DNA of 63,779 bases, counting the filler, from Reclinomonas americana ATCC 50394 (taxonomy: Eukaryota), in NCBI GenBank assembly GCA_048213135.1. It is 4 parts of 3 records of this genome, joined end to end, with 100 filler letters (N's around TTAATTAATTAA, not from the genome) between each part and the next. Parts side by side here need not be neighbours in the genome. Positions count along the whole stretch, not along the records: positions 1 to 27,477 come from PS015182.1; 3 more parts are not named here. One strand, 5' to 3'. A program made the translations under genes and the position numbers. Each line of letters opens with the position of its first letter. The stretch's first letter is position 1. This document shows positions 1 to 14,600 of this stretch, one piece after another. A model generated the notes under the pieces. It made no database searches, was not told where the DNA came from, and was given only the letters and a program-made list of their open reading frames with translations.

Positions 1-3000
1 TTGGTGCGTGCGTGCGTGCGTTTTCCGTGACATGGGATCGGCGAAATCTCATAGCCCTTTCCGCTCACTGCAGCGTACGGTGGCGAGCGTGCACCTCCAC
101 ACAAGCGCTATGCGAATTTCTTCGACCCCAACGCACAGATGTTGCGCTACAACGATGCCTGGTTGCTGAGCTGTCGTTGCGTCATGGACATGTTGGCGCC
201 ATCTTTTTTAATACGCATGTCATGTCATGACCGAGCTTCGATCTCGACACGCAGGATCATGGACGTGGACCAAGCTGCCGGAGGCCTTTCAACAGAGCGG
301 GCCACGGCCTATCCGCTGGCACTCGATGGTGTCGATGCCCGAGTCGGAGCAAGTGATTCTCTACGGCGGCAGTGTCGAACCGACCAACTCGGACGAAACG
401 CTCACCTTGTCCAGCATGTTTACGTTGGATGCGGCCGATCTGGAGGTAGGCCATCTACTACCACGCCTTTGTGTTGTTTTCCTCTCTGCTCATCTGACTG
501 CGCGCAGCCGGACAACTCGCCATTAGCACCGGAGGAAAATGGCGTGTCTGCGCCGCCCTCCTCAGTTGCTGCCCCTGCTCCTGCTCCCGCCCCTGCTCCC
601 GCCCCTGCCCCTGCTCCTGCTCCTGCTGCAGCACCAGCTGGCAGCGCCGTGGCAAGAGTCATTGATGACTCTCCCTTGTCGGTGCGTCGATGAAAGATAT
701 CGCACTCTGGTTGCCCGCATTGCTCACACATGCGTGCGGCTCTCTGTGTGCAGCGTGGTGGCGCATCGGCCAGTGAAATCGCATTGGCCAAGCACGTTTC
801 TCCGCCTCCACAAATCGTGGTCGATCAGCCTGACAAGCCAGCAGCTCGACCATTGCTGGTTTGCTGTACATCTTCACTCCTGTATACTCCTGTTCGCTCG
901 CTGAACACGATCGTCGCGTAGCCCGAGTTGGAGGAGGTGGAAGAATCGGATGCGCCGCCGATAATCGCTGTTGCGCCGCCCACCGATCCCACACCAACAC
1001 CAGTGCCCGTGCCAGCCTCCACTGCTGCAGCTCCACCCTCTGCCGATGTGATCAAACCACTACCCACCCTGTCGCAACTCACTGGTATGGACCCGATGCT
1101 GTCGAGCCGCTCGGCAGCCACCGACGGCACGGAAGATGCGGATGAGCCGGTTCGTGCCTTCACGTGCGCATGCATGTCTCTCACTTGTGATCGATTCGGC
1201 TGATGGACCGTGCGTTGACCAGGAACTCTCATCGTCGGACAGCGAACTGTTCCGCCTGTACGACCACCTGTGTTACATTGCGATGGAATACGATCCGACT
1301 GAAGACCTGTTGGAGGTATTGTGGCGTCGTACTCAGCCACTACGCTGTCGGTCTGCGCCTGACCTGTTTTCTGCGTCTGTAGATCCTGCAAGTGGATCGC
1401 TCCCTGCCGTATCGTGATTCAGTGTTCCCGGCCACGGCACGATCAGTGTCGCGGACAGCAGGGACGCCATCTCTTGGTGCGTGCTAGCATTCCATGCGGC
1501 TTGCTGGACGCTCGGTGCAGTACTCATTTGCTTCTCTCTTCTATCTCGTGCAGCCGCTTGCGATCGCTGGGTGCCGGCATCGTCGCTGACCGACGAAAGC
1601 GGACAGCCTCTCACCTTGTTCGGCTCGGTGCCACTGGCCGAGCAGCGTCTGCACAACAACAAGATCGACACGGGCGAGTTGTCGACCGTGATTGTTGGTG
1701 AGCTACGAGCTCACTCTCCTTCTTTCACCGCGAATGCACTCTTATGTTTGTGATCACAGCACTGGCCTCGAGCATCGAGCGACTGCAAGACATGATATTG
1801 GTACCGTCGGAGAGCCGAGCTGGATTGTTGCGTCACAAGGGAGTCCTTTCACACTCGCTCCTCGTCAACCGCCTCACCACATCCACTACAGCTACGTCGT
1901 GCGGTTATGGGTCAACGGTCGGCAAATGTACGTGGTGGTGGACGACATGTTCCCGGCCGACGAGGATGGCGTCCCCATCTCCATCTACTCTGGTTGGTGG
2001 CCTGGTCGTCTCGAACCCTCGCTCCCTTATTATTTGGCACGTGATGGCTAACGACGAGTCGCAGAATACGCTCTGTGGCCGATGGTGTTGGAAAAGGCGT
2101 ACGCCAAGCTGTGTGGTCATTACGAAGCTCTGCGTGTGTCATTCGAACCGCACGATTATGAGCCACCAGCTTCGCCATACACGCTGAGTTGCGTCGCTTG
2201 ATGTGTGCGCCACCGCAAGTTCCATGCACTGCCTTTGCTCATCATCATCATCGTCGTCGTCGTCGGTAGAGCACTCGCCACTTCCGGCTGGTGTCCTCAC
2301 CGTGTACGATTTCGTTTCTGACTTTACTGGATTGCCGGCGCATGAGATGTTGCGCTCGCGAGTCCCAAGTGACCTTCATTTTTCGATCTCATCGCGTGAT
2401 TGTGGTGCGCAGTGAGCTGGGAGAGAGCGCCGAGTCGCGTTTCGACACACTGGACAGAATATTACAGTCGGGGTGAGTCACGCGACGCTGCAGAGGGAGA
2501 GAACCACCCCGAGTGTTGACGTGTCCTTCTCACTTTCACACAGTGGCGTCATTCTGACTCACTGGCGTGACCCGACGGCCGAGGAGATGGCCGATCGGAA
2601 CTTGCCGCCGTTTGACGAGGGCTGGGGCTGCGTGACGCGAGTGCACAGATTACGGGGCGCGCACATGCTGCTCCACGTGGTTCCATTTACGGACAACACT
2701 CGTGAGTGATGTCGCGTTCTGCCATGTTGTGAACGGTATGCTTCAGTCTGACTCTCTCTCTCTCTCTCTCTCACGCACAGCATTCGATGGTCGCTGGTCG
2801 CACACTTCACTGATCTGGGAGGATCTCAAGAGTGACAAGGTTTGCCGCCTCTCTTCACTTTGTAGGACCTCCATCCCCGCACTCACACCATGCATCTTCA
2901 CAGGCGGCACTGCATGTGTCGGACCGCGACTGCGGGGTATGGATGGAGATTGACGAGCTTGCCATGTACTGTGACAAGGTGTTGGTGGCCGCCGAGTCCA

Positions 3001-4376
3001 CCCCCGACATGCCGTACAAGCTGACGATCATGGTACGTGTTGTGCGCAAGCTTGTGTTGATATCGCACGGTTGATGACGCGTTCGGATGTACAGAGTCGC
3101 AACACCGGAAGCATGATGGTGGAGGCCGAGTCGCACTACTTTTTGGAGATTGCCGAGGACTGGACCAAAGTGTATGCGTATCTCATGGCCGGCGATCGAC
3201 GATTCAACTCTTCACGAGCGCTTCGCGTGTTTAAGAAGCCAGATGGTGAGTGTGAATGCGCGCATACGTGTGTACTACCACGGCAACACGCTGACACCAA
3301 CTCGCACCAGGCGTACGTGAGCGCCTGGAGGATTTCGACTCGCTGGAGCTGGCCACCATCAACGTTTGTGCGTCCACCCTTGACCGGCACTGCTTCCTCC
3401 ACTGCTTCCGCCTCCTCATCGTGCCGTGACTTGTCGCAGCCCATGGTCTCGAAGCCGGACTGTATGTCATGATTCCGTTCGTGTCGCAGCGCTTCTCGTC
3501 CTTCCGGCTGGTGGTGTGCTCCGATCGCCCTCTAAAGATACCATTTTGTGTGCTTGTGCTTCATTCCATGTCTGGCTTCGCGGTGCTGACAATTCTGTGA
3601 CGCGTGCACATGTCCAGCTTCCCCGACTCGGTGCTGCCGCAGATGCGAACGCACTTTCGCGCTTGCGATCCATCGGCTGACGGCCGGCTCAAGACAGAGC
3701 AGCTGCAGCAGCTGCTTGCTCGCGTCGGTGCGTGGCGCACGAATATGTGCCAGCAGCTGCAGAGGGAGGACTGAAATATAGGCGTGCTTGTGCATGCATG
3801 CAGGTCAAATATCGACGCCGTCGGAGCTGCGCGAGGCCATTCGCAGCATGGGCCGTGGTCGCGAGATGAGTCTCGACTTTGAGGAGAGCCTCATGTTGCT
3901 CACGAGCATGTGGTTGGTGCGTGCACACGGGATGACAATCGTGCACGAGGTGCTGTATGCTGCTGCTAACCCATGGTTTTCTTGCGCTGCGCAGCCGGAG
4001 GCGGCCATGGAGCACTCACTGCGTCAATCATTCCGAGCCATTGACACGGACGCCAACGGATACATTGAGCGCGAGGAGCTGCGCTTGTTCCTGCTGTCTC
4101 TCAGTCAGCCACTATCGGACACCGAGGTTTGTGACAGACAGGCAGGGGGGAAAGGGAGTGCCGCGTGCCTCATGTCTCACTTGCCGCGTCAACGTCGACA
4201 CAGATCGAACAACTGATCACATTGGCCGATCGCAATGGTTCCTCCCCATTCTTGGTGCTGTTTATTCTACGTTCACTGTGGCTCACCCACTCCTTCACTC
4301 TATCCCCACAGGCGACGGACGCATCGACTACGATGAGTGGGCGTCGAGTCTGCTGGCCGGACCACTGTCCCATTGA
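1..4376 (+). CDS. Kelch-repeat + calpain-like (CysPc, domain III) + calmodulin-like EF-hand protein, about 20 introns, 5' partial; probably catalytically dead
   Basis: Spliced translation gives Kelch-like YNDAWLL/PRPIRWHSM/VILYGG, a Pro/Ala linker, calpain motifs AGFYVVRLWVNGRQMYVVVDDMFP, LWPMVLEKAYAKLCGHYEAL and DFTG, domain-III-like GLYVMIPF, and EF-hands FRAIDTDANGYIEREEL and ADRNGDGRIDYDEW. Stop TGA at 4374-4376. Confidence 0.8.
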
Positions 4377-4471
4377 TATTGATAAAGAGTGAAAGAGAAA
4401 GCCATCCTCCTTCTCCTCCTCCTCCTCCTCCTCCTTCTCCTCTTCTTGCTTGTGCTCCATCATCCACTCGC

Positions 4472-6539
4472 ATGACTCGCGTGGTCACGCTGCTCATTGC
4501 CTGGTGAGCACAAATCCAGTGATCCATACTCCTGAATGAGCTCGCATTCACACACACTGACACAGTCCATTCAACGGTGCGGTGGACGAGTGCACGCTGC
4601 CCTCTGACGCCAAAGTTTCCACTCTGTTGGACCTTGCACGCGGCAAGTTGGCCTCGTCACGCTCCGCTGGTGTGTGAGGAAACATTCCACGCGCCAGTGC
4701 GCTCGCTCATCATTCATCATCTCCTCATCGTGCAGACGCGCTGTCGTATGCCTCGTGGCGATCGGCGTTCGACTACTCACTCACACACCCGACCAGTCAT
4801 GCTCCTCTTGACACGCACGTCACGCTGGAGGAGGCTGGATTGCGTGATCGCGGTTGGTCGAAGCGAGTTGTCTCTCGCTCTCTTCGCATGTTCTTCTGCT
4901 CATTCGTGTGCGCTCGCAGATCTGCTGTTCCTCACGCAGAATGTGCGTGAGACGGCGTTGACAGAGGTCAAGCCGGCTGGGCGATTCCCCACTGAGGACG
5001 ACATTCAACGGGCGACCAGTGCGCTGCCGCCGGCGCCGTCGGCCGTGGAAATGCGCAGAACGGTCTGCATGAGTGGACGTGCGTGTGAGCCAGTGAGTGG
5101 CACTGACCGCCTGCTCCACACCAGAGTCGCTTCTCGGAGGCACTGTGCCGACGCCATCGCGTGGGATCGTACGGGCAGTCGCAACAAATGGCCACCCAAT
5201 TGACATCCAACGAGCTCGCGTCGCTGCTTCCGCGTGTGCCGGCTGCCGCTCTGGCGCAGCTGGTCGAAGTCGGCTTCCCGGACCTGCATTGCCGCAAGGC
5301 ACTGTACATTGCTCGGTGGGCATGCCGTTTTTCGACACTGTTGTGCTTGTGTGAGTGTGTGTGATGTTGCTGAGTGTTTGTGCGTGCGCGCTACGCAGGT
5401 TCCAGGTGGCGGTCGGATTGGAGTGGCTGCTGCGACATGCCGACACACCGGCCGTGCTGAATGCTCCTTTCACACGAGATGAACTGATCGGTATTCTGCG
5501 TGACCTCGGCGTGTCGGTGCCCGTTCGGCTGCCGTCGCCACCGCGTGCACCGTCGCCTCCACCAACACGCACAGTGCCGAGCAGCAACAGCAGCAGTGCC
5601 AGTGGCGGCGGCGGCAATGGCGGTGCCAGCAGTGCGTCGGCTCAGGCTTCTTCGGCCAGCGGAGGAGCAAGTGGATCACCTGCGGTCGACGAAGCAACCA
5701 GCACTGCGACGTTTGTCGCTGAAGAGGTTTTGCAGCCTTGATTCTGGTTCTGTTCTATGGAGAGCGCATCACTCATCTTTGTGTCACTGCCAGGTTCAAC
5801 GACAGCTGGCAGAACTGCAGGCGCAAATGGCGGAGTTGCAACAGCAACAGGAACTCATTCGTCGGCGATCGGCAGCAGCAGCGGCTGCGGAGGCTGCTTC
5901 CGGCGGCTCGAGCGCGGAGATTGCTGCTCGCGAGGCGATGGCGGGCGTGGAATTACGAGCGCGCATCACTACGTTGGTCGAGGCAATTGCGCGCCCACCT
6001 TTTGAGCCCGACGAGCAGGTGTGCAGACAATTTACCGGTAATGTCTGTGTCGCCTGCTTTGCTCACCCTTTGCACGCCACAGTCTCTCCGTGTGCTCACA
6101 TCCATGGGCTTCGATCACGAAAGAGTGCTCGACGCTCTGCGTGCGTCGCAGAATAACTATGAGCGCACGATTGTCATTCTTCTCGAGGATCTGCCAGTTG
6201 AACCAGCTCCACAGGTGACTTGATCGGCAGATTCATTTTTTGATTCAACGCCCTCATCGTCATGGCATTGTACGTGTAGGTGGACCCCGTGGTGCGCATC
6301 TTCCTCGCCCAACCAGCAATGCAGCGCATTCTCAGCGATCCACGTATCGTCCGAGGTTCGATCCTTGTTGTCGAGGCCGTCGACCCTCGCACACAGTCTA
6401 ACTGTGTTTTCGTCCTGACGCAGGATTGCACGAGCTCGTGAGCAACCCGGCCAGTGTCGACCGCCTCATGGGCGACCCGGAAATGTCGGTTGTCTTGCGC
6501 CACATGAGCGACCTGGTGACGCGGCATGAACAATCATGA
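4472..6539 (+). CDS. UBAC1: UBL-UBA-UBA-STI1 protein (UBAC1/KPC2-like), multi-exon
   Basis: Ubiquitin-like LDTHVTLEEAGLRDRDLLFL, UBA1 LAQLVEVGFPDLHCRKAL..GLEWLLRH, UBA2 LTSMGFDHERVLDALRASQNNYERTIVILL, and a C-terminal STI1-like PAMQRILSDPRIVRGLHELVSNP..MGDPE. Confidence 0.7.
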
Positions 6540-8581
6540 AGCGGCGTCGCGCTCATTGACACTGTCGTCATTGTTGTTGCCGTCGTCTCTCGCCAGTTCA
6601 TCCTCCGTCGCCTCTGTGAGCCACCAATGTCCAGCCTCCTGCATGTCGACTTGCTTGTTGGCGCATCCGACCGCTCCGTCGTAGTGCAGTAGCGGCGCTG
6701 ACACTGCGCCGGACGTCGGTCGCAACCAACGCGTCGATGCGACGTCGTCCGGCGAGAACAAGCACAGAGAGACTTTCGGTGTCGGTGTCGTGTTGGCCAG
6801 TGACGACGTTCCCGGCAGCACTTGCATGCTCCACCGCAGCGGTTCCTTGCGCAGCAGCTCGTTCAGCGACTCAGACACGGTCAAATGGGACCAGCGCTGT
6901 CGACCGCGCGAGTTCTGAATGTGGCGAAGTGAGCGCCGCAAGAGCGCAATACTCGCCGGCGTCGGTTGCAAGTGGGCGACGGCAAGCGAGAGAGGGAATA
7001 CACCGGAAGAGGTGAGCGCAGCTGCACTACCCATGGTCCAATCACACTGCTGCGGCACGATCGAGTCCAGTGGGTTGTCTAGCAGCACTGCGTCGTTGTC
7101 CATCAGAAGCACACTGACGCCGCGCTCCAGAATCATGAGCGCCGTCTGCAGACGATAGATCTGCAAGCGACGCTGCAGAGGGGATCCTGCGTACTGCTCC
7201 GGGTCCATTGCATTCAATTCAGTTGCTGCCAGCCAGTTCGTTGGAAAGTGAATAACATCAGGCAGGTGGTGGACGTGTTGTATCAAGTCCTTGGCCGTGT
7301 AGGAGGTTGCAATGTACAGAAAGGTGGCTGACACGTAAGCCTTGCGAACGGAGCACACAGAGTTGGCCATCAACGTCGTATGCACTGGATTGGCTGACCA
7401 CAAGGCAACCAGAGAGGGCTTCCGTGCAAAGAGATCAGCAGGCCATTTGTCGGCGACAGCGACAACAGAATTGCCAGTGAGATCTGGGCACCGACCATTG
7501 TCATCCAGCAGCCACTTGCCCGCATCACGCAGGGCGCGTTCCTTCTCCGCAGCACCCATCGCACGGCCCACGTGCACCACGTGTTCCTGCATCGCAGCCG
7601 CGGACCACACACACAGACGGCATTGACCTGAGTTGCCAGCAGCAGGTGCTTTGCCCGTCTGCGGCAGCAACTGCCACGCAGGCTGTTGCGTAGTCAACCA
7701 GCGGAACAAAAGTTCGTGTGTCCACTGACTGCGGCCGCGCGACGGGTGCGCCACAGCATGCAAAATCCACTTCTCAAACATGGTGGCCGACGGTGTGTGG
7801 TGGCGAATCAACCACACGCCCGGATGTATGTACGGCAGCGGCGACGAGTCGGCTGGCGACCGTCCACGTTGCTGCAACACCCAGTCGCACTTGGCCAAGG
7901 CGGGCCGACGCAGCACCGACCTCTGCAGCATAACATCGCCCAGCACCACATCGGCATCCAGCAACAACACATCGTACCCTCGCCGCAGCAGCAGTGCAGC
8001 CACACGATGTACGGCCACGTGCAAACGATGCCGCGTCGACGTTCCCGGCCACGCCATCGTCGCTTGTGCACCACCTGGCACTGCGTTCACACGCAAGTGC
8101 GAGTATCCGTGAGCGAGTAACTCGGCCGACGCCGACTCATCCAGCGCCACCGGCAACACATTCCCGTCGCCAACACGGTGCAATTGCAACAGCAAGTTGA
8201 GCAGCACTTGCACACACGCACCATCGCTCCACGTGACCATCACGGGCGCCTTGACCAGGTGCAGTCCGTGAATGGCGTCGTCCACGGAACCAAACGCCAC
8301 CGGCGAGGCAGAAGTCTGCATCGCAAAACGAGTGAGCTTGCACATCAACAGACGCATGCGCGCACACACACACACGCACACACACGCACCACCACTGCAG
8401 GCAGCGAGTCCACGGCACCGGCAATGACATTGTCATGTTCGGAAGTGGACGAAGGCGCCGATGTGTGCGTGTGCAGTTGCCACACGGACCACGCGGCGAA
8501 GAGGAGCACGAGCGTACCGAGGAGAATGCGCACGAGTGGACGAGTGCGCCAGGTCATTATGTGTCGACCAAAGCGGCGCAT
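6534..8581 (-). CDS. Type II membrane glycosyltransferase with two tandem nucleotide-diphospho-sugar transferase (GT77-like) domains
   Basis: Exon 1 (8581 or 8557 to 8390) has a signal anchor, ILLGTLVLLFAAWSVW. Exon 2 (8315-6534) has two DxD motifs, LLLRRGYDVLLLDADVVL and MILERGVSVLLMDNDAVLLDNP. Confidence 0.75.
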
Positions 8582-8661
8582 GCACAAGGCAAAGAGAAGC
8601 AAGCAGTGCGGGACGGACACCGCTAGCGACCGAACGAAGGCGGACGCTGGCAACACCGACG

Positions 8662-10518
<1,857 letters not shown>

Positions 10519-10559
10519 AAAATGAAATGCTGGGTGTGTCCTCGCCGTTCCCTTGTGAA

Positions 10560-10763
10560 ATGCAACGCCTTGGCAGGATCACCGCCTCCAACTTGTCTGC
10601 CTTCTTGTGTTGCGACATCCAGGTCATTCTACCCTCACCTCTCACACACCGACGGACGCTCTCACTCTCACACATAACACACTCGTGAACAGACTGCGTT
10701 CAGGTCGCGCATCTACAACATGAGTGCGCTCATGCAGTCGGCGCTCCTGCTGGTCAGTGTGGA

Positions 10764-10797
<34 letters not shown>

Positions 10798-11594
10798 GGC
10801 TGATGTGCTGTCGTTCAGAACAAAGTAGCGACTGTCATGAAAATCCCCGTCGTGTGCACCGAGCACAACAAGAGTTGCGAGTGTGTGATGAAGTGCGCCT
10901 CCTTGTGGCCGTCGGTGAGTGACGCGTACGTGCTGTGCAGAGGTGTTTGGTCCGACGGTCGACGAGATCCAGCTGCCGTCGCATGCGCAAGTCTTCCAGA
11001 AGCTCCGATTCTCCATGTGCTCCTCCGAGACGATGCCGCACCTGCTACGGCCAAGCACCAATGCCTCGCATGTGGTGCTGTATGGCATTGAGGTGCGTTG
11101 CGTGAGTTGTCGGATCGTCGCCGTCTTCCCCAGTGACTGACTGACGTGGTGCGAGACAGACGCACATTTGCGTGCTGCAAACTGCGCTGGAACTGCGCGA
11201 CAAGAACTTTGAGGTGCACATTCCGCTTGACGCAGTCTCCAGTCAGCGGCAATACGATCGGCACGCAGCGATCGAGGTGCGTTTTGCAGCTGACGTCGAT
11301 GGATTTCTCTCGTCTCTGTTCTCATGCCGAATCACGCTGCAGAGACTGAAGGCGATTGGGTGCCACATGACGAGCGTCGAGTCGTTGCTGTTCCAGTTAA
11401 TGGAAACTGCCGAGGTTCGCGCGCGTTTCGCAGTCCTGCTGCTGTTGCTGTCCGTCATTTTGTTTGTGATTCACCAACGGAGAGTTGTGTGTGTTTCCCA
11501 GTCACCATACTTCCGTGATATCATCAAGCTGGTCAAGGAGGTGGATCGTGGCACACACCGGAACTTCCTTGTAGTGGACCCTGTCAATCATTGA
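10560..11594 (+). CDS. Isochorismatase-domain protein (ISOC1/2-like)
   Basis: AFLCCDIQ, IPVVCTEH, FGPTVDEI, KLRFSM, VVLYGIETHICVLQTALEL, DAVSSQR, ESLLFQLM. Six introns. In-frame upstream ATGs exist at 10527 and 10515. Confidence 0.9.
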
Positions 11595-11670
11595 CAGGAG
11601 CAGGAAGGCGTTGTGTGTTGTCGACAAGTGAATCATCTACCTCCAAATTAGGAAGTCGGCGTTGGGCGTC

Positions 11671-14600
11671 ATGTTCAGATCCGGCTCTTCCTTTGTCTTG
11701 CACAAAGTCGCCATCGCGCTCCTTTTGTGTACAGTGCTGGCGGCAGAGGGTAGCGCGCGAGGTCAGCTCACGATCGCTGGTTTGTTTCTGTCTCGCCTCT
11801 GACGCCTCACGCAGACTTTTCGGTCGAACGCCTGGCGACCTTGAGCAGTGTGCTGGACACTCTGGGTGAGTGAGTGAGTGAGTGCTGCCTGGGTCGATTA
11901 TCACTGTCGCAGATGCCTCATGTCGGTCTATCACAGCCACGATCTCGGAAGCCGTGATGCAAACGGACAGCAGTCAGATGTCACGAGTTTGGCCGTACGT
12001 CACCGCCGACGGCTGCCTGTGCGTCCATCGTGAAGGTTACACACCACTCTGCGTGCCACGCACGCCGTTTGCAATGTCTCATGGAGCCTCTGCATGGAGA
12101 GCAGACGCTGCGGTGGTGGACTCGGATCCGCTGCTCGCGTTGCTCCGGCGACCGAGTGTGTTCAGCGTGCGCACTCGACTGCAGCAGGCTGTGCCTGTCA
12201 ATGCCACTCTGCTCGCGCACGACGCAGACTGGTGGTGGAATCCAAGTCTCTCGTGCTATGCAAAATCCTCAGCCTCGTCGCAGTGTTTGCCTGTCCGCTT
12301 GACTGCTGCCTGCCGGCTGCAATGTGCCGGCGACGACAGACGGGTGCTCAGTGACTATTCCGGTGCAGTTGTCCTTGTCTCTGTGTCTCTCCCTCTCGTG
12401 CACATTCTCAGTCGCAGCAAATATGCAGCCGACGCGTTTGCGACCATGTCCACCGCCATGTGGCTCACCAGCAATGTGCTTCACGAATTGCAGCAGCTAG
12501 TCGAGCAGCGTCGGGCGGCAGATGTTCTCTTTGCAGGTGTGATTCGTAGGTCGTACTTGTTGAGCGACCGTCTTGTGCTGACTGCGTCTTCTGCGTGCGT
12601 AGACGACAATCCATCAGCGGAAAGCACGTCTGCGCGGACAGTCGCGCTGATTGCCTCCGTCGCTGGTGTTCTTCGATCGACGTTTTTTAGCGTCGACTTT
12701 GCAGATCCGCTCCTCAGCGCATGCAAGACCGAAATGACGATCGGTTCACTACGAGAGAATGTCGCCACTCTACCGTCGTCGCAACTGGTGGAAGTGTCGA
12801 CGCTGCGTTCGTACCTTCTTTCCTCGGTTCTTCCGCTGTTGGAGAACAACTCGACACTTGCGATCGGTCGGCAACAGGGTGACCACTGCACCACTATTGC
12901 TGTCAATGCTGACTTCGAATCGATGTAGGTCAACCAGAGATACAGGCTGCCAGCACTCAGTTGCACCTATTAATGACGGCAGCGCTGTCGGTACGTCGGT
13001 GGGCGGCCTGTTATGGGCGAAGTTTTTCTCGCTGATTCGATATACGGCGCAGGCTGCGCGGGCGAGGACGGATGCTGTTGTAGGCTTGTTTCGCAATCCC
13101 ACCGTGTCGCTCCTTATGTGTGAGGTGGCAGTTGCGTGCAGCAGCTCTCGCGGGACTCTGTGTCCTCCGTGACATTCATGTGGTGTGTTGCAGCTGTTTT
13201 CGAAAACGGTGACGGCAGCGCTCTACGGACAGGCATTGCTTGCGGTTTTCGATCACGCCGCCATGCCTACAGCCAGCGATGATGCAGCAGAGGACAGGTT
13301 TGTCACTGCTCTCGTCGGCATTGATCGCAAGCAACAGAACCTACGCTCATGTTCATACATGCAGTGTCGATTTGGAATCCGCTGCTTCCGTTGTCGACGA
13401 AGCGGTCACTGGCCTGGCGCAGTCACTGTCCTCTGTCGCCGCTGCTTCGCCGGATCTGCAGAGCCTCAGGCTGTGTCTTGGGCGCGTCATCATCGCCCCC
13501 TCGCGTGTGTCCATGGCCGACTGCGACACCGCGTGGACAGCAGTCACCACAAGTGCGCCGTCGGTGAGGGCTGTGCGCCGACTTTGGCGGCAGGCGAGAT
13601 TCTCTCGATCTCACGTGATCATGAGCATTGCAGGTGGGTTCCGCTGACTGGTTGCTCCCGTCCACACTTGTGGCACGCAACGTCACCCTTGTGCCGAACA
13701 TCACGTCTGCCAACTACACGTCGCTGTCCATCGCCGCACGGCGTTGGTCTCTTTTCAACGAAACACTCCTTTCCGTGGACATTCTCGGTGGGGACACACT
13801 CACCCTATGCGTTGCATCGTCATTCCATCGCCTTATCGTTCATGGCAGCAGATGGTGGTATCATGCTTGGCACGGAGGAGTGCGCATGGCTCTCGGCTGG
13901 CGCCTGTGACACGTGGAGTTTTGCGTATGATGTCACCGTGCAAGTGCCAGTACTACGAATCCCTGCCGCGGCTGAGCCTCCTGCGTATTTATTCTCCAAC
14001 AACGGCATGCACACGGAGGTGCCAGCGTCGATGTGGCACACTATGGCCAACACGGCTGTCACCGCAGCGACACAATGTCCAGACGGCTCATTCGGTGAGT
14101 TTCCCGCGTGCACATCATGTCCCGTAGGATACTACTGCCTGGGCGGCACGAAGAGGTGTGAGCATGTGTGTCGCCTGTCAGTGATCCCTGGCGTGCATGG
14201 CCTCATTCACTCCCATGATGGCCTGACCAGACCGTGCGAGAATGCGCCTGCTGACGGCAGTGCTGCGTACACCACCGCGGGCGAAACTACGTCTCAGTGC
14301 GCCTTTCGCTGCCTCGCTGGTTCGTATTATCGCTCCGGAAATTCCTGCTCTCTTCTGCCACTGGGCATGTACACGGTGGACGGTTCCTCGGCACCCCTGC
14401 TGCCATGCATGGTGCCGCAAGTTGCGTGGTGTGCTTGACTTGTTGTTGCTTGAGTAACTTGGTCGGTGACTCTGTCAAAATCAGAATGTGTCGACTGTTG
14501 TGCCGAGTCACCTCGTTTCGTTTGCGGGCGGTGGCACGATGCACAACGATTCGTCGTCATGTCCACTCGATTACCCGTATGCGCTGGCCACGGTGGCAGA

